This document shows positions 61,351 through 64,000 of a DNA stretch of 64,000 nt, piece after piece. The notes beneath the pieces were generated by a model. The model was given only the letters and a program-made list of their open reading frames with translations, had not been told where the DNA came from and did not search any database. Where the stretch lies: the NCBI GenBank assembly GCA_040377305.1, contig JBEIPA010000005.1:1-64000 (forward strand), written 5' to 3'. The position numbers and the translations under genes were made by a program. Every line of letters begins with the position of its first letter. The first letter of the stretch is position 1. Source of the stretch: Flavobacteriales bacterium (GTDB lineage: Bacteria; Bacteroidota; Bacteroidia; Palsa-965).

Positions 61351-61815
61351 ATGTCCGACAACATCCGCAAATACGTTGAAGTCCTCGCAGCTCTGCGCGA
61401 AGATGGAATCCTCACTGATAAAAAAGACTTTACCTGCCAAATAGGCGAATGGTTAGTCGAACAGCTTTACAACGGCAAGCGCGCCGCCAGCACCATTCAA
61501 AAAGGTTGGGACATAAAAGTCGGAGATGAATTCTGGCAAGTGAAGACACATTCAAAGAATGAAGGCAACTCAAGTCGCTTTACCGCTATCAAGAGCGACC
61601 CGGGAATTCAGGTCGACGTGTTAATCATCATCGTGTTTACTTACGACTACAAGTTGAAAGAGTTTTATAAAGTGCCGTGGGCTGTTGCGCAGAAACTGAT
61701 AGAACGCAGAGGCGGACTTGTGCAGAAAGAAGTGTTGAGGTGGAAGGAGATTGAAAAGTATCGGGTGGATACTGGGGAGTTGCCGAGGCAGGAGGTGGTG
61801 GGGTTGTTTAGGTGA
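61351..61815 (+). CDS. Small PD-(D/E)XK-fold nuclease-like protein (DUF6998-like)
   Basis: IGE...KGWD...QVK catalytic-type pattern. Confidence 0.65.
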   Translation: MSDNIRKYVEVLAALREDGILTDKKDFTCQIGEWLVEQLYNGKRAASTIQKGWDIKVGDEFWQVKTHSKNEGNSSRFTAIKSDPGIQVDVLIIIVFTYDYKLKEFYKVPWAVAQKLIERRGGLVQKEVLRWKEIEKYRVDTGELPRQEVVGLFR

Positions 61816-61887
61816 ATCTCATGTTGCCAGCCTACCATCGGTTCTTTTGCGTCTACTGTTATTTTAGTACAGCGATTTCTTACCTCT

Positions 61888-63018
61888 CTAATTTTCCTGA
61901 ACCAAAGTCAAAACAGATCTATCGAGCTTAACAAGATTGTTCATTGGTTTCGTGAAAGCCGCATGAGCATAATCATATTCATGACCACACAACAACAATA
62001 CCACCGGTCCTCGATTACTCCAGATTTCAGAGTATCGCGTTATTTGTCCCACCGCTCTATCCGTCGAACTCGTGCTTCTATCTCCACGTTTCATCTCGAT
62101 CATTATCGTTTCATCAATCACAATATCCGCCCGGCCCTTGTTGCCATGTTCATTATCACCAATTGGAAATTCAAGTTCGACTTCTGAATGCGGCATTGCG
62201 TTCTTCAAATGACGATATAGCAAATCTTGATACTCATATTCATATTTACATTTTTCAGGATGCCAGTTATGCAATGCACTAATAAAATCATTGAATAATT
62301 TTGAACTGCTTTCCGCCATGGCGTGACTAACGTGTTCATGCTTTTTTGTATTTAAAACTAATTTGTCGCTGCTTGTATTAAGTCGTATCACATCGCGCGA
62401 ACCGTGACCTCTTCTTCTACCGAACAAGTGAATTATATCATTTTTAATCCGTTTCAGAATATTCGGATTCGAACGGTATAGAATTACCATTATTACGACA
62501 CCAGTTATTAGTGGCAACCAAAACCACTTATATGTAAAATTCTCGAAACGGATATAACGAATCATTGTATGCCCGGTGAAACTTTGGATTGGTTTGCGGA
62601 TAAAAATCGAGAGTATTTGAAGAGATTTCCATCCTAAAGCACCAAAAAACAACCACCAACCAAGATTGTAGAGAATTTCATCGCGCGAAGTGGTACGAGT
62701 CGTCTTTGCAGTATCGCGAAAGGTGTAATAATAAGTTTTTAACCTCGAAATTGCACGCTTACCCGTCCAACGTCCAGTGTCATCACGCCAGCCACTCACC
62801 CATGCCAAAATAATAATTGCACCGTAAAACATGAAGAAAAGCGTCGCATGCCATGTTAGTCTATCGTATGGCACCTCTAAATACCAATCTAAAATTGGAG
62901 CAACGATTAGAACGCATACAGCCCCGATAAGAAAATTCTTCATTTTTCTTCCGTACAGATATCGATCAACGTTATCAATTGCATCCCAAAATTTTGATCG
63001 AGCTTGGTTTTGTTCCAT
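61888..63018 (-). CDS. Four-TM protein fused to a C-terminal PD-(D/E)XK nuclease-like domain
   Basis: Hydrophobic N-terminal half; EYEYQ...GRADIVID...IEMK...GQITRY. Confidence 0.7.
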   Translation of the reverse strand: MEQNQARSKFWDAIDNVDRYLYGRKMKNFLIGAVCVLIVAPILDWYLEVPYDRLTWHATLFFMFYGAIIILAWVSGWRDDTGRWTGKRAISRLKTYYYTFRDTAKTTRTTSRDEILYNLGWWLFFGALGWKSLQILSIFIRKPIQSFTGHTMIRYIRFENFTYKWFWLPLITGVVIMVILYRSNPNILKRIKNDIIHLFGRRRGHGSRDVIRLNTSSDKLVLNTKKHEHVSHAMAESSSKLFNDFISALHNWHPEKCKYEYEYQDLLYRHLKNAMPHSEVELEFPIGDNEHGNKGRADIVIDETIMIEMKRGDRSTSSTDRAVGQITRYSEIWSNRGPVVLLLCGHEYDYAHAAFTKPMNNLVKLDRSVLTLVQEN

Positions 63019-63104
63019 ATCAGTGGATTTATTTGTAACGCTCTAATTTGTCTTCAATACAACAAACTGTCTCCTACTTATTGGCTTCAATCACGAATCA
63101 GTTT

Positions 63105-63278
63105 TCAAGCTTTTCTTCGAAGAATCCATGTTGTTGCATGCCCGTTATCATTCCTGCATGGTGGAAACGTCTCTCCTTTGGACAATGGAATCTCATTCTG
63201 CGGATGACGCACACAATAGTAAACTCCACTAGTCTGACATTTTTCTCCGGTTGTTCCGCGTTCTGCTGATGCACTCAT
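63105..63278 (-). CDS. YjzC-like small metal-binding protein (57 aa, not in ORF track)
   Basis: Manual translation MSASAERGTTGEKCQTSGVYYCVRHPQNEIPLSKGETFPPCRNDNGHATTWILRRKA. Confidence 0.7.
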   Translation of the reverse strand: MSASAERGTTGEKCQTSGVYYCVRHPQNEIPLSKGETFPPCRNDNGHATTWILRRKA

Positions 63279-63348
63279 AACTGTTCATATTATAGATAAT
63301 GCTTACTCTGTTCCGGATTTTCAGCCTCCTCCGTTTGGTGTATATTGA

Positions 63349-63657
63349 TTAAGGAGGTGGTACACATACCTTGCACGCCTCATATTCTTGTTGCTTTGCC
63401 TCTATAATCGATATTGGAATTCTGCTTTTTTTCAGATATCGGCATTCGCTGCGATGATACTTTTCCCCGGTATTGGTTATGTAAACAACTGTATCTTCCG
63501 ATGAATGAATCTGATCAACAACCTCACCTTTATCCTCACTTATGGTATCATGATTCCCACAAGATGAATTGGAGTTGAGTATCAGAACCAGCAGCGGAAG
63601 ACAAAGAATAGTCGTGATTCGAGACCTGAATCTCATCCAGCAATCAATCCTTTGCAT
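63349..63657 (-). CDS. Exported small protein with C-terminal His/Cys metal-binding module
   Basis: VYITNTGEKYHRSECRYL...ACKVC. Confidence 0.72.
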   Translation of the reverse strand: MQRIDCWMRFRSRITTILCLPLLVLILNSNSSCGNHDTISEDKGEVVDQIHSSEDTVVYITNTGEKYHRSECRYLKKSRIPISIIEAKQQEYEACKVCVPPP

Positions 63658-63731
63658 ACTTCAAAAATCAAACTCTGGAGTCGAAAACTGAAAACTGTTT
63701 TTTGAAAGACCGGAATTTCTTTCCCAACCGG

Positions 63732-64000
63732 CTATTTGATATCCCGAATTTTCCAGGAACCGGCAACATGATCCAGTACGAATTCTTCTTTTGGTTTAAA
63801 ACCCATCAACCGCACATGTTGGCGCAGTTTGTGATTGAGCGAAGAATAGTGAAATGTGTAATACACAATGCGTACGTTATTACGATAGCTGACGTACATG
63901 TGAACAGCGGAGTCTCCATCATTCATGAACACCGTGTCTATTTTAAAAATTACCGCAGTAATATCGCAGAACGCCAACACCTGCTTAAAAGAGCTGTCTG
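63732..64000 (-). CDS. Hypothetical protein, 5' end beyond the window
   Basis: Frame appears open to the window edge; C-terminal GSWKI. Confidence 0.45.
   Translation of the reverse strand, partial: DSSFKQVLAFCDITAVIFKIDTVFMNDGDSAVHMYVSYRNNVRIVYYTFHYSSLNHKLRQHVRLMGFKPKEEFVLDHVAGSWKIRDIK

Noticed and set aside
44665-64000. Integron cassette array or diversity-generating retroelement
   Set aside because: No integrase or reverse transcriptase, mixed gene orientations and no consistent attC or TR/VR pair

Overview
Chromosomal window from a Bacteroidota organism (Flavobacteriales/Bacteroidia-like: TAnnTTTG promoters, a T9SS C-terminal domain, purH-mreBCD-mrdA-rodA and coaX-OMP-lptC-ppiD synteny). 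1-25.4 kb is mostly housekeeping (SDR, ALDH, xseAB, tRNA-Phe, coaX, lptC, ppiD, elongasome, purH, ABC permease). The standout is a tightly coupled 8-gene operon at 25.8-35.5 kb: class I HMG-CoA-reductase-like enzyme, atypical UbiA prenyltransferase, RPH/PigC-architecture dikinase, BtaA/DUF3419, phytol/dolichol-kinase-like membrane enzyme, GNAT, START/SRPBCC protein and OleC-like adenylating enzyme. I cannot map it to a characterised pathway; it looks like a biosynthetic system for an unknown lipid or lipid-like metabolite. After mfd, a SRAP gene and a small membrane stress cluster, 44.6-64 kb is an accessory patchwork with no integrase. It holds a recurring 'toxin module divergent from a secreted YD-like repeat gene' unit, an in-frame internally deleted HigB, duplicated YodC-like genes, long inverted-repeat elements, a frameshifted five-repeat zinc-finger gene and two PD-(D/E)XK nuclease-like genes. 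All family calls are from motif recognition by eye; no database searches were run.
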